Positions 32,744 to 42,459 of a stretch of DNA of 64,000 nucleotides are shown here, piece by piece; position 1 is the first letter of the stretch, and each line of letters starts with the position of its first letter. The DNA is from an uncultured cyanobacterium (GTDB taxonomy: Bacteria > Cyanobacteriota > Cyanobacteriia > PCC-6307 > Cyanobiaceae): assembly GCA_963765575.1 (NCBI GenBank), contig CAVXWZ010000002.1:448001-512000 (forward strand), in the 5' to 3' direction. Made by a program: the position numbers and the translations under genes. The notes beneath the pieces were generated by a model. It made no database searches. It was not told the origin of the DNA and was given only the letters and a program-made list of their open reading frames with translations.

Positions 32744-32915
32744 GGGCAGTGCTCCTTTGGGGGCGGCGGAAGACATAAAACAGCGCCGCCAGCTGCAGGG
32801 GGAGGAAGGCCGCCATCAGAGCGAGGGGATGGAGCCCATCGTGGGGGATGGTTCCAGCCATGGCGAGGCTGAGAACGCCTGCACCAGCTACCAAGAACAG
32901 CACAGGTAATCGCAT
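32691..32915 (-). CDS. Small hypothetical membrane protein
   Basis: MRLPVLFLVAGAGVLSLA..LALMAAFLPLQLAALFYVF, two TM segments, directly after the TM2 gene; overlaps the thioesterase 3' end. Confidence 0.5.
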   Translation of the reverse strand: MRLPVLFLVAGAGVLSLAMAGTIPHDGLHPLALMAAFLPLQLAALFYVFRRPQRSTALRAAESPAPALKPPANG

Positions 32916-32922
32916 GACAAGA

Positions 32923-33189
32923 TCAGAACCAGTCCTTCTGCGAATCAAGATATTCGGCTTCAAACTGGGAGTTTGTTTTAGTTAGGTAGATAATACCTTC
33001 AATGATGCCAATAATTTGGAATACGACATAGCCAATTCCGCACGTCAGAAGCGACACCACCAGCATGATAACGGCCGGCTTGGTGTAGCCAAGGATGAAC
33101 TTGTGCACCCCGAAGGCGCCCAGGAAAATGCCGGTGAGACCAACCGCCAGCTTCTTGTTGCTGATTTCGCTATCGCTGAAGGTGCTCAT
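32923..33189 (-). CDS. TM2 domain protein
   Basis: KKLAVGLTGIFLGAFGVHKFILG..IEGIIYL..F..Y..KDWF. Confidence 0.88.
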   Translation of the reverse strand: MSTFSDSEISNKKLAVGLTGIFLGAFGVHKFILGYTKPAVIMLVVSLLTCGIGYVVFQIIGIIEGIIYLTKTNSQFEAEYLDSQKDWF

Positions 33190-34465
33190 CGGCGTGGCGG
33201 GTGGCATCCGTGTGCCCCGCTTCTAGCGCCATCAGCCAGCGCTGCCAACGGCCCCGCTGCCACTTGCCCAGCGGCGTAGGGGCCAGCCCGGGGCAGAGCA
33301 GCCAGCGCCCCGGCCGCTCAGCAGGCGCCCAGTCGGCGCAGAGCCCCTGCAGGCGCTGCAGCAGCGCCGCGCCATCGGCGGCCGGCCGGGGCCGCACCAG
33401 CGCCACCAGCCGCTGGCCCCACTCGGCATCCTCCACAGCCAGCAGCAGCAGCGCCTGCAACGGCAACGGCGCCGCTGCCGCCGCGGCGTTGAGCCGCAGC
33501 TCCAGCTGGTCGGGGAACACGGTTTCGCCGCCGCTGTGGATGGCGCCATCGAGCCGGCCCCGCAGCTCCAGCCCGACGGGTCCGAGCCGGCCGGCATCGG
33601 CGCTGCGCCACCAGCCATCGGGCCCCATGTCCAGGGGTCGCAGCTCGCCCGCCTGCAGCCAGCCGGGGCTGATCCGCGCACAGCGCAGCTCCACGGCCCC
33701 GCTGGCGCCGTCGACGCGCAACTCCACCCCGGGCAAGGGCCAGCCGCAGCCAGCGGCTCCGGCCAGGAAGCGCTCAGGGGAGAGGGCGCAGACCATGGCG
33801 GCGGTTTCGGTGGCCCCGTAGCAGGGGGCCAGGCGCAGGCCAGCAGCCCGGGCCCGCCTGGCCAGCTGCGGCGGCAACGCGGCCCCGCCCACCCAGATCA
33901 GCGCCAGCTGTTGCAGCCAGGCCACCGCGGCGGGTTCGGCCATCAGGCGCTGCAGCTGGGTGGGCACCAGCGAGAGCAGCACGGGTCGCTCAGCAGGCAC
34001 GGGGGCGGCCTGGGACAGCAGGGCTGGCCGGCGCAGCCAGGCCGGCTCCAGCCGCCGGTGCCGCGCCCCCCACTGGCGGGCGCGCAACCACGGCAGCACA
34101 CCGCTCACGTGGTGCAGGGGCAGGGGGTTGAGGTGCAGGCAGGCCGCCGGATCCAGGCCCAGCGCCTCGAGCCAGCGGCCCGTGGCGGCGGCCGAAGCCT
34201 GCAGCTGGGCCAGGGGCAGCAGGCACCAGCGCCGGCCGGCACCGTCTCTGCCTGGGTCGCCTCCGTGGCTGCCGCCACTGCCCAGCACCACCCCCGGGCC
34301 CCACCGGCGCTCCAGGGGCTCCAGCCCACCAGGGCCGATCGCCGCCGCCAGGGCCTTCTGCTCCTGGAGGGCCGGCGCCGTCAGGGGCACGATCCGCCCC
34401 CGGCGCCAGGCCCGGGCCAGCTGCAGCGGCGGCAGGGCCGTTGGGGTGATCCGCTCCGCCGTCAT
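33170..34465 (-). CDS. menE: O-succinylbenzoate-CoA ligase
   Basis: LPLHHVSG, SLVPTQL, YGATET, GRLDGAIHSGGETVFP, GKW. Confidence 0.85.
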   Translation of the reverse strand: MTAERITPTALPPLQLARAWRRGRIVPLTAPALQEQKALAAAIGPGGLEPLERRWGPGVVLGSGGSHGGDPGRDGAGRRWCLLPLAQLQASAAATGRWLEALGLDPAACLHLNPLPLHHVSGVLPWLRARQWGARHRRLEPAWLRRPALLSQAAPVPAERPVLLSLVPTQLQRLMAEPAAVAWLQQLALIWVGGAALPPQLARRARAAGLRLAPCYGATETAAMVCALSPERFLAGAAGCGWPLPGVELRVDGASGAVELRCARISPGWLQAGELRPLDMGPDGWWRSADAGRLGPVGLELRGRLDGAIHSGGETVFPDQLELRLNAAAAAAPLPLQALLLLAVEDAEWGQRLVALVRPRPAADGAALLQRLQGLCADWAPAERPGRWLLCPGLAPTPLGKWQRGRWQRWLMALEAGHTDATRHADEHLQR

Positions 34466-35523
34466 GGGCAGCCCGCCTCAACAGCCTGCTCGGCCTGCAG
34501 CCCGGCCGCCCGCCATACCCGCTCGGGATCACTGCTGCCCAGCTCCCCGGCCACCTGCCAGCCCGGGGCCAGGCCGGGCGCCGCCGGCGTGGGCCCCTCG
34601 GCCTGCAGGGCCGCCAGGTGATGCAGCCAGCGCCGGCCGATACCCGTTTCGAAGCCGGTGCTGAGCATCAGCCGCGGCCGGCCCCGCTCCAGATCCGCCA
34701 GCAGCGGCCGGGGGTCGCCCTCCTGGGCCGGCCGGCGCACCTGCCAGCCCGTCCCAGCTGGCGCGCAGGCCTGGGTGGCGCTGCAGCGATTCATCCAGAG
34801 CCACCGGCAGGCCAGGGCAGTGGCGCAGTAGATCGCGCCAATCCCTGATGATCCAGGGGGTCAAGGGGCTGCTCCAGCCACTCCAGCCTGGGTTCACCCC
34901 GCAGCCGCTCGCGCCCAGGCCCTGGCCGTGGCCCGGTCCCAGCCGCCGTTGGCATCGAGGCGCAGCCGCGCCCCGGCGGGCAGCCGCTGCAACAGCCGCT
35001 CGAGAACCTGCCGTTCCAGGCGGTCCTCGCTGACGGCCACCTTCCATTTGCAGCTGAGCGGCTCGGCGGAGGTGCCCCCCGGGGCGGCAGCGCCCGCCGC
35101 CAGCGCCGCATCCAGGGCCTCAAGCGCCGCCTCGCCCGCCGGCAGCAACAGGGCCGGGGGCGGGGCCGGCAGCCAGCGGCGGCGCGGCAGCCCGTCCAGC
35201 TCCGCCAGGGCCGCCCCCAGGGCGAAGCCGAGCGCCGGCGGCAAGCCGGGCAGGACCCGCTCCAACCCAGCCCGCGCCACGGCGGTGCCCAGCTGGGCCA
35301 TGGCCGCCGCCAGGGGCGCCGGATCGCCATCGAGGGGGGCCGCTTCGCCCCAGCCCAGCGCTCCGCCGGGGGCCTGCAGCCGCAGCAGCCAGCCCCGCTT
35401 GGCGGTGAGCAGTCCCCGCGCCGTGCGCAGGGGTCTGGGGAGCAGCACGTGCAAGGGGCGCCAGGCCAGGCGCAGGGAGCCGCCGGCGGCGGCTGTCGCG
35501 GGCTGGCTCACGGGCACCGCCAT
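34462..35523 (-). CDS. menC: O-succinylbenzoate synthase, interrupted by three +1 frameshifts (probably sequence errors)
   Basis: KWKVA and RLDANGGW (frame A), EWLEQP (frame B), PVALDES (frame C), STGFETGIG (frame A again); shifts near 34912, 34838 and 34748. Confidence 0.85.
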
Positions 35524-35530
35524 CACCGGC

Positions 35531-36490
35531 TCAGGCCAGCCAGCGGCCCAGGGCCAGGCCCGCCGCCAGGCCGAGGCCATTGAGGGCCTGGAAGCGCAGG
35601 GCCAGAAACTTGCTGCCGCTGATCCGCGCCGGCTCGTGGTGGTGGCGGCTGAGCAGCTGGATCAGGCGACGGGCCGGCGGCAGGCCGATCGCCCCCAGCA
35701 GGGCGGTGAGCGGCCAGCGCTGGGCCGCGGGCGCCACCAGCACGGGCGCCCACTGGAACGCCAGGGTGGCGGCCACGAACCAGGGCACCAGGGCCGCCGC
35801 CGCCGCCGGGCCCAGGTGCACCACCGGCGAGCGCTTGCCGTTGACGGCGTCCTCCTCCACCTGGTGGAAGTGGGAGCAGAACAGCACCAGGGTGGTGGCC
35901 AGGGCCGCGCCGCTGCCGAGCTCCAGGGCTTCGGCCCAGGGCACCGGGGTGCCCAGCGCTGCCGAAGTGGCCGGAGCCAGGGCCAGCAGAGCGGCGGCGG
36001 TGGCCAGGGGGCCGAAGGCCAGCCAGCAGAGCGGTTCGCCCAGGCCCCGGTAGCCCAGCCGGAACGGCGGCCCCTGGTAGAGGTAGCCGAGGCCGCAGCA
36101 GGCCAGCACCAGCAGCAGCACGGCCGCACTGCTGCGCCAGGCCACCAGGGCCATCAACGCCAGCCCCAGCGCCAGGCAGCCGTTGGCCAGGGCCGCCACC
36201 CGGTCGCGGCGGCCGGTGAGGTTCACCAGCGAATGGGGCTTGCCGTGGACGTCCACACCGGTGTCGGCATCGAAGACGTCGTTGGCGAGGTTCTCCCAGG
36301 CCAGCAGCAGCACCGCCGCCAGCAGGAACAGCAGCAGCTGATCGAGGCGCACCGGCTCGGCCCGGCCGAAGCGCCAGCCGGCGGCCAGCAGCACCGGCAT
36401 CACCGCCACCGCATACATCGGCCACTTGATCGCCGCCGTCCACAGCTGCCCACGGGCGTAACGGCTTGCGACGACCTCGGGCTCTGGCAT
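35531..36490 (-). CDS. menA: DHNA phytyltransferase
   Basis: AIKWPMYAVA, NDVFDADTGVD, YQGPPFRLGY, FHQVEED..GKRS. Confidence 0.93.
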   Translation of the reverse strand: MPEPEVVASRYARGQLWTAAIKWPMYAVAVMPVLLAAGWRFGRAEPVRLDQLLLFLLAAVLLLAWENLANDVFDADTGVDVHGKPHSLVNLTGRRDRVAALANGCLALGLALMALVAWRSSAAVLLLVLACCGLGYLYQGPPFRLGYRGLGEPLCWLAFGPLATAAALLALAPATSAALGTPVPWAEALELGSGAALATTLVLFCSHFHQVEEDAVNGKRSPVVHLGPAAAAALVPWFVAATLAFQWAPVLVAPAAQRWPLTALLGAIGLPPARRLIQLLSRHHHEPARISGSKFLALRFQALNGLGLAAGLALGRWLA

Positions 36491-36528
36491 GGGGGCCGGC
36501 GGCGCTGGCACGAACGGGGCCCATACAT

Positions 36529-38034
36529 TTGAGCAGCCCAACGGAGCGGCACGGCTTGGCAACCACCGGCCCCGAACTGGTGCAGGCGGGCGGCGACTTC
36601 TCCGCCCTGCTGGACGAGGCCTGCCGGCGCGCCCGCCAGCTCGAGCAGGACAGCGTGCTCAGCCTGGCGACCCCCCTGGCCGGCGGTGATCCCTTCACCC
36701 TGCTGCCCCACCTCGACGGCGGCGGTGAGGCCAGCAGGGGCGAAGGCGGCAGGGGCGAGAGCAGCAGTGACTTCCGCTTTCTCTGGGACGGAGCGCCGGG
36801 GCTGTGCATCGCCGCCAGTGGCCGCACCCACAGCCTGGAGCTGAGCGGCCCGCGGCGCTTCGAGCTGGCCCGCCGCTTCGCCAGCGCCACCCTGGCCCGG
36901 CTGGGGGGACAGGGTGGCGCAGCCGCCGCCCCCTGTCCGCGCCATGCCCGGCCGCGGCTGCTGCTGGCCTTCAGCTTCTTCGATTCGCCCCTGGAGGGCG
37001 AAACCGGCGCCGCGCCAGGCGTGCAGGCGGTGCTGCCGCGCTGGCAGCTCAGCCGCCACGGCCGCCACTGCTGGCTGCGGCTGCAGCGCCCCCTGGGCGG
37101 CGGCACCACCGCCCGCAGCCTGGCCGAAGAGCTGTGGGAAGCCGCCAGGGCCCTGGAGCGGATCGCCCGCGACAGCTGCGATCCGGCCACCACCGCTGCC
37201 ATCGCCGACACCAGCCTGGCCGCCGTGATCGAGCGCTCCCCCTGGCAGCAGCGCTACCGCCTCAACGCCGCCCAGGCCCTGGCGCTGGTGGACGAGGGCC
37301 GGCTGGAGAAGCTGGTGCTGGCGGTGCGCCAGCAGCTGCGGCTCGACCGGGCCCCCGACCCCCTGGCCCTGCTGGCGCCCCTGCGACGGCACCAGAGCGG
37401 CAGTTGCCGGTTTCTCTGGCAGCGCGGCCACGACTCGGCCCTGCTGGGGGCCTCCCCGGAACGGCTGCTCACCGTGCGCCAGGGCCAGCTGCGCAGCGAC
37501 GCCCTGGCGGGCACCGCCCCGGCCGATCAGGGCGTCGCCCTGCTGGCCTCGGCCAAGGACCGGCTCGAGCACGAGCTGGTGGTGGACACGATCATGGCCG
37601 TGCTCAGCCGGGCGGGCCTGCGGCCGCAGCGGCCGCGCCATCCACGGCTGGCCCGCCATGGCCAGCTGGTGCATCTGCATACGCCGATCAGTGCGGCCCT
37701 GGGCGGGCGGCACCCGCTGGCGATCGCGGCCGCCCTCCATCCCACTCCCGCGGTGGCGGGTCTGCCGCGGCGCGAGGCGATGGGCTGGCTGCGCAGCCTG
37801 GAGCCCTTCGAGCGGGGGCATTACGCCGCCCCGATCGGCTGGATCGACAGCGCTGGCGATGCCGACCTGCGCGTGGCGATCCGCAGCGGCATCCTGCGCG
37901 GCCGCGAACTGGAGCTCACCGCCGGCGCCGGGCTGGTGCCGGGCTCAACGGTGGAGCGGGAGCTGCAGGAGGTGGCGCTGAAGCTGGGGGTGCTGCAGCA
38001 GCAGCTCAATCTGCCCGTGCCCGGCCGCTGGTGA
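36529..38034 (+). CDS. menF: Isochorismate synthase
   Basis: KLVLA, GASPERL, ALAGT, KDRLEHELVV, LHPTPAVAG, AGAGLV. Confidence 0.92.
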   Translation: MSSPTERHGLATTGPELVQAGGDFSALLDEACRRARQLEQDSVLSLATPLAGGDPFTLLPHLDGGGEASRGEGGRGESSSDFRFLWDGAPGLCIAASGRTHSLELSGPRRFELARRFASATLARLGGQGGAAAAPCPRHARPRLLLAFSFFDSPLEGETGAAPGVQAVLPRWQLSRHGRHCWLRLQRPLGGGTTARSLAEELWEAARALERIARDSCDPATTAAIADTSLAAVIERSPWQQRYRLNAAQALALVDEGRLEKLVLAVRQQLRLDRAPDPLALLAPLRRHQSGSCRFLWQRGHDSALLGASPERLLTVRQGQLRSDALAGTAPADQGVALLASAKDRLEHELVVDTIMAVLSRAGLRPQRPRHPRLARHGQLVHLHTPISAALGGRHPLAIAAALHPTPAVAGLPRREAMGWLRSLEPFERGHYAAPIGWIDSAGDADLRVAIRSGILRGRELELTAGAGLVPGSTVERELQEVALKLGVLQQQLNLPVPGRW

Positions 38035-38042
38035 GGCACTGA

Positions 38043-38955
38043 ATGGCCCCCCTGATGCCGCCATGGCCGCAGCTGGGCCTGCTGCTGGCACTGCTGGCCA
38101 CGGCTCTGCTGGTGCGCCAGGCCGTGGGCCGGCGGCGGCTGGCGCGGATCATCTTTGAAGCCGACACCCCGGCCGGCCGGCAATTCGACATCGCCCTGCT
38201 GGGGGCGATCGTGCTCAGCGTGGTGGCGGTGGCCCTGGAGAGCGAACCGGGCCTGCAGAGCCGCTTCCAGGCCCAGTTCACGCCCCTGGAGTACGGCTTC
38301 TCCAGCCTCTTCACCCTCGAATACCTGCTGCGGCTGCTGTGCAGCGCGCGGCCCCTCAGCTACGCCCGCAGCTTCTTCGGCATCGTCGATCTGCTCTCCA
38401 GCATCCCGCCGCTGCTGGGCCTCGGCAGCCTGCGCGGCAAATACCTCACGGTGATCCGCATTCTGCGGCTGATGCGGGTGTTCCGGATTCTCAAGCTTGG
38501 GCCAATACATCCGCGAGGCCGAGCGGCTGAAACAGGCACTGACGGCCAGCCGCCGCAAGATTCTGATCTTCCTGCTGATGATGGTGAATCTGGTGGTGAT
38601 CATCGGCGCCCTGATGTATGTGATCGAGGGCGAAGCCGGGGGCTTCACCAGCATCCCCACGGGCATCTACTGGGCGATTGTCACGATCACCACCGTGGGC
38701 TACGGCGATGTGGCCCCGATCACCCCCCTGGGCCGGATCACGGCCTCGGCGGTGATGCTGCTCGGCTACAGCATCATTGCGGTACCCACCGGCATCGTCA
38801 CCGCCGAGCTGGGGCGGGCCCGCACCGATGTGGGCCAGGGTGAGGCCAGCGGCGAACCCCAGCCCTGCGGCCGCTGCGGTGAGTGTCAGCATCCGGCGAG
38901 CGCCCGCTTCTGCCACCGCTGCGGCACCCCCTTCTCCCCCCGCCCCGAGCCATGA
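38043..38955 (+). CDS. Voltage-gated-type K+ channel (ion transporter) with C-terminal Zn ribbon; one +1 frameshift near 38500
   Basis: FTLEYLLR and S4-like RILRLMRVFRILKL in ORF 38043..38843; pore TTVGYGD and CxxC..CxxC in ORF 38497..38955; removing one G from CTTGGGCC joins them. Confidence 0.88.
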
Positions 38956-40685
38956 CCAGCGAGCTCACGACCCTCCTGGCCGCCACCCTCTCGGGCGCCG
39001 GCATGCTGGCGGGGGTGGATCCGGAGCGGATCACGGCCCTGCGCCCCCAGCGCCGGCAGCTGGCGGAGGGGGCGGTGCTGTTCCGCCGTGGTGAACCGGG
39101 AGCCTGCGCCTACCTGATCCTGGACGGCATCCTCGGCCTGAACACGGGCGAGGGGGGCGAGGCCGGCGAGGCCCCCAGCTGCTTCCGCAAGGTGGTGGCC
39201 GGGGAGCTGGTGGGGGAATACGGGCCCCTCTGCGGCGAGCCCCGCTCCGCCACGGCCGTGGCCCTCACGGACATGGAGCTGCTGGAGCTGGACCGCAGCC
39301 AGCTGCAGCGGTTGCTGGAGGAGGCGCCGGCCGTGGAGCAGCGCCTGATCTCGGCCCTGGCCGAGGCCGCTTCGGTCGGCCGGGTTCCGGGGCGGATGGG
39401 CCTGGAGACGGTCGTGATTCATGACGCCAACCCGGGATCGGACCTCACCGCCGCCGCGGTCGCCCTGTTGCCGGAGCACCTGCGGGGGATGGCCAGCGCC
39501 TGGCCCGGTCTGGCCGATCTGAGCGTTCACAGCAACGGCGGCGATGAGGAGCATCTGCATCGCTGGCTGGTGGAAGCCAGCCGCGCCGGACGGCCGCAGG
39601 TGCTGTTCAACCAGGACCCCCAGGCCCTCAGCCGCCGCAATCTGCTGCTGATCGATCGGCTGCTGCTGCTCTGCGACGGCACCGCTGCGACCCGCAACCT
39701 GCCCGAGACGATCAATCGCGAGGCGCTGCTGGTGCGGCTCTGGCCCGAGCAGCAGGAGCGGCCCAGCTCCCGCAGTTGGAGCAGCCAGCCCCCCTGCGCC
39801 CAGGTGCTCAACCTCAAACCCCGGCAGCCCCGCCACCTGCAACGGCTGGCCAGGGCCGTGCTGCGCCGCCAGACCGCGCTCGTGCTCGGAGGCGGCGGGG
39901 CCAGAGGCTTTGCCCACATTGGTGCCCTCGCCGCCCTGGAGCACCTCGGCCTCAACGACGTGGACATGGTGATGGGGGTGAGCATCGGCTCACTGGTGGC
40001 CGCCCTGGCGGCCTTCGAAACCCCCGCCGCGGAGATCTTTGAGCAGCTCGAGCGGGTGATCATCAAGTCCCGCCCCTATTCCTTCACCCTGCCGCGCGAA
40101 TCGCTGTTCACCCTGCGCAACTCCCGCCGCGAGCTGCAACGCTTCTTCGGCCCGGCCCAGCTCCAGGACAGCTGGCTGCCCCTGCGCTGCTTCAGCACCA
40201 ACCTCTCCAGCAAGCGGCTGCAGGGCTGGGCCAGCGGTGACATCCCCACGGCGGTGGTCGCCAGCATGTCGGTGCCCGGCATCTTCCCGCCGGTGGTCGA
40301 CGGGCAGGGGAACCTGCATGTCGATGGCGGCATCCTCAACAACCTGCCGGTGGCCGAGGCGCGGCGGCAAACCGAGGGGCGCGTGCTGGCGATCTCCCTC
40401 GACCCCGACCCTGCGGCCCCCGCGGCGGCGGCCGCAGCGGAGCCCTCTGAACGCGAGCGACCCAGCCTGGGCCGCACGATCATCGACGCGATGATGTGCG
40501 GCTCCCATGCCGGCACCCGCGCCCAGGAACAGCAGGCCGATCTGGTGCTGAGGCCCGGCATCGCGCGCTTCCCCTTTCTGGACTGGAAGCGGTACCGCGA
40601 GATCTATGCCGTGGGCTACGAGGACACCCTCAAGCTGCTAGGCGCGGGCTGGCCGGAGCCGGAAGCTGATCAGACCGGAAGCTGA
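38952..40685 (+). CDS. cNMP-binding domain plus patatin-like phospholipase (NTE family)
   Basis: LFRRGE, GE..GEPRSAT phosphate-binding cassette; GGGARG, GVSIG nucleophile, DGG. Confidence 0.9.
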   Translation: MTSELTTLLAATLSGAGMLAGVDPERITALRPQRRQLAEGAVLFRRGEPGACAYLILDGILGLNTGEGGEAGEAPSCFRKVVAGELVGEYGPLCGEPRSATAVALTDMELLELDRSQLQRLLEEAPAVEQRLISALAEAASVGRVPGRMGLETVVIHDANPGSDLTAAAVALLPEHLRGMASAWPGLADLSVHSNGGDEEHLHRWLVEASRAGRPQVLFNQDPQALSRRNLLLIDRLLLLCDGTAATRNLPETINREALLVRLWPEQQERPSSRSWSSQPPCAQVLNLKPRQPRHLQRLARAVLRRQTALVLGGGGARGFAHIGALAALEHLGLNDVDMVMGVSIGSLVAALAAFETPAAEIFEQLERVIIKSRPYSFTLPRESLFTLRNSRRELQRFFGPAQLQDSWLPLRCFSTNLSSKRLQGWASGDIPTAVVASMSVPGIFPPVVDGQGNLHVDGGILNNLPVAEARRQTEGRVLAISLDPDPAAPAAAAAAEPSERERPSLGRTIIDAMMCGSHAGTRAQEQQADLVLRPGIARFPFLDWKRYREIYAVGYEDTLKLLGAGWPEPEADQTGS

Positions 40686-40698
40686 TCAGACCGGAAGC
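40659..40698. repeat. 16-bp tandem repeat (2.5 copies) at convergent stop junction
   Basis: CCGGAAGCTGATCAGA x2 + CCGGAAGC. Confidence 0.9.
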
Positions 40699-41360
40699 AG
40701 TGGCTGCTCCGGCAGCCCCAGCGCCTGACGCCAGGCCACCAGGGGGCGTTCCCAGTGGCACTCCCAGCGCTGGGCCAGCAGCGGCTGGGCCCGGTAGCCC
40801 AGCTGGTAGCCATGGCCGATCGCCGCCAGCACGACGCCCATCTGCTCCGGGTCCTTGAGCAAATAGCGCAGCAGGCCGCCGCAGGTGATCACCGCCGCCA
40901 TCGGTCGCCAGGTCTGGGCCAGTTCGAAGGCCTTGAGGGCAATCTCCCCAACCCGGTCGGTGCCGATGCCGGTGACCACATGCCAGATGTCGTGGCTCTG
41001 GCGCATGCGCATCAGCGTCCAGTCCAGGTCTGACACCACCTCCACCTTGCGGTAGTAGTCGGGGTCGAAGCCATGCGCAACGAAGTGCTCCGCCAGGGCC
41101 TGCCCCAGGCTTCCTGGGGGCATCCGGGCCAGCTCCTCCACCTCCACGGGCGGAGCCAGATAGCGCTCCCCCATCAGCTCGCTGACGCCGCTCAGGCCGC
41201 GCACCCGCTGCAGAAAGCTGTCCATGGCGCCGCTGCGGCGCAGCCCGTCTTCGATGTCGAACACCGATTCGGTGGCCTCGGGGTTGCGGATCATGCCCAC
41301 CACACCACTGAGGGTGCGCAGGTAGTGGATCTGATGACGCTGGTGTCGAACTTCAGCCAT
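40686..41360 (-). CDS. Coq4-family protein
   Basis: PPGSLG, RMRQSHDIWHVVTG..GEIALKAFELAQ (HDxxH-x11-E), WE..WERPL..WRQALG. Confidence 0.85.
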   Translation of the reverse strand: MAEVRHQRHQIHYLRTLSGVVGMIRNPEATESVFDIEDGLRRSGAMDSFLQRVRGLSGVSELMGERYLAPPVEVEELARMPPGSLGQALAEHFVAHGFDPDYYRKVEVVSDLDWTLMRMRQSHDIWHVVTGIGTDRVGEIALKAFELAQTWRPMAAVITCGGLLRYLLKDPEQMGVVLAAIGHGYQLGYRAQPLLAQRWECHWERPLVAWRQALGLPEQPLLPV

Positions 41361-41424
41361 CGCCTCTGGACCTGCCGGCAGCCCTTGGCCAGGGAGCTGG
41401 GCGAGGCCGTGGATTGCCTCGATG

Positions 41425-42456
41425 CTATGGGGACTGCGGCAGTTTTTCCACGGTGAGATCCGCCAGCGGCAGGCCCGCCAGGCGCTCCACCTCGCGGATG
41501 CCGGTGGGGCTGGTCACATTGATCTCACTGAGGCGGCCGTCGATCACGTCGATGCCCACGAAGAACAGACCCTCGGCCCGCAGGGCCGGCGCCAGGGCGC
41601 TGCAGACCTGCAGCTCGGCCTCGCTGAGCTCGGTGGCCTCCGGCCGGCCGCCCACGGCCAGATTGCTGCGGAACTCGCCACCGCTGGGCACCCGGTTCAC
41701 CGCCCCCAGGGGCTCGCCGTTCACCAGCAGGATGCGCTTGTCGCCGGCGCTCACCCCGGGCAGGAAGGCCTGCACCATCACCGGCAGGGTCTGCTGGGCG
41801 GTGACCAGCTCCAGCAGCGCCCCCAGACCCGGCGTGCCCGCCGCGGCGAACACCACCCCCTGGCCGGCCCGACCGCCCAGGGGCTTGAGCACCACCTCGC
41901 GATGTTCGGCGATGAAGGCGGCCAGGGAGTCCCGGTGGCTCGCCACCAGGGTGGGCGCCATCAGGTGGCTCCAGCGCAGGGAGCTGAGCTTTTCGTTCCA
42001 GGCCCGCAGGGCGGCCGGGCGGTTGATCACCCGCACGCCCTGGCGCTCGGCCAACTCCAGCAGGTGGGTGGCATAGAGGTAGGCCTCATCCACGGGCGGG
42101 TCCTTGCGCATCCACACGTGGGCGAAGGCCGTGAGCGGCAGCAGCTGGGCCTCGCCCAGGGTGGGCCAGGGCTCGGTGACCAGCGGCCGCACCCAGGCCC
42201 AGGCGCTGTGGCCCAAGCGCGTGGCCCCGGCACCGGGGCCGGGGTCGGGGGTGGCGGGGCCGCAGGCCATCAGTGCAGCTGGGGTGGCGACCCACACGGG
42301 CCGGCCGGCCCGCTCGGCCGCCTGCATCAGGGCCACGCTGGAATCCTTGGCGGGATTGAGGCGCTCGATCGGATCGATCACAAACAGCTGGGCGCCAGGG
42401 CCCGCAGCGATTGCCGCAGCGCCGCCCGCATCGTTCGCCGCCGGGGCGTTGGCCAT
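41425..42456 (-). CDS. gshB: Glutathione synthetase
   Basis: [43 protein letters not shown]. Confidence 0.96.
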   Translation of the reverse strand: MANAPAANDAGGAAAIAAGPGAQLFVIDPIERLNPAKDSSVALMQAAERAGRPVWVATPAALMACGPATPDPGPGAGATRLGHSAWAWVRPLVTEPWPTLGEAQLLPLTAFAHVWMRKDPPVDEAYLYATHLLELAERQGVRVINRPAALRAWNEKLSSLRWSHLMAPTLVASHRDSLAAFIAEHREVVLKPLGGRAGQGVVFAAAGTPGLGALLELVTAQQTLPVMVQAFLPGVSAGDKRILLVNGEPLGAVNRVPSGGEFRSNLAVGGRPEATELSEAELQVCSALAPALRAEGLFFVGIDVIDGRLSEINVTSPTGIREVERLAGLPLADLTVEKLPQSP

Positions 42457-42459
42457 GGC

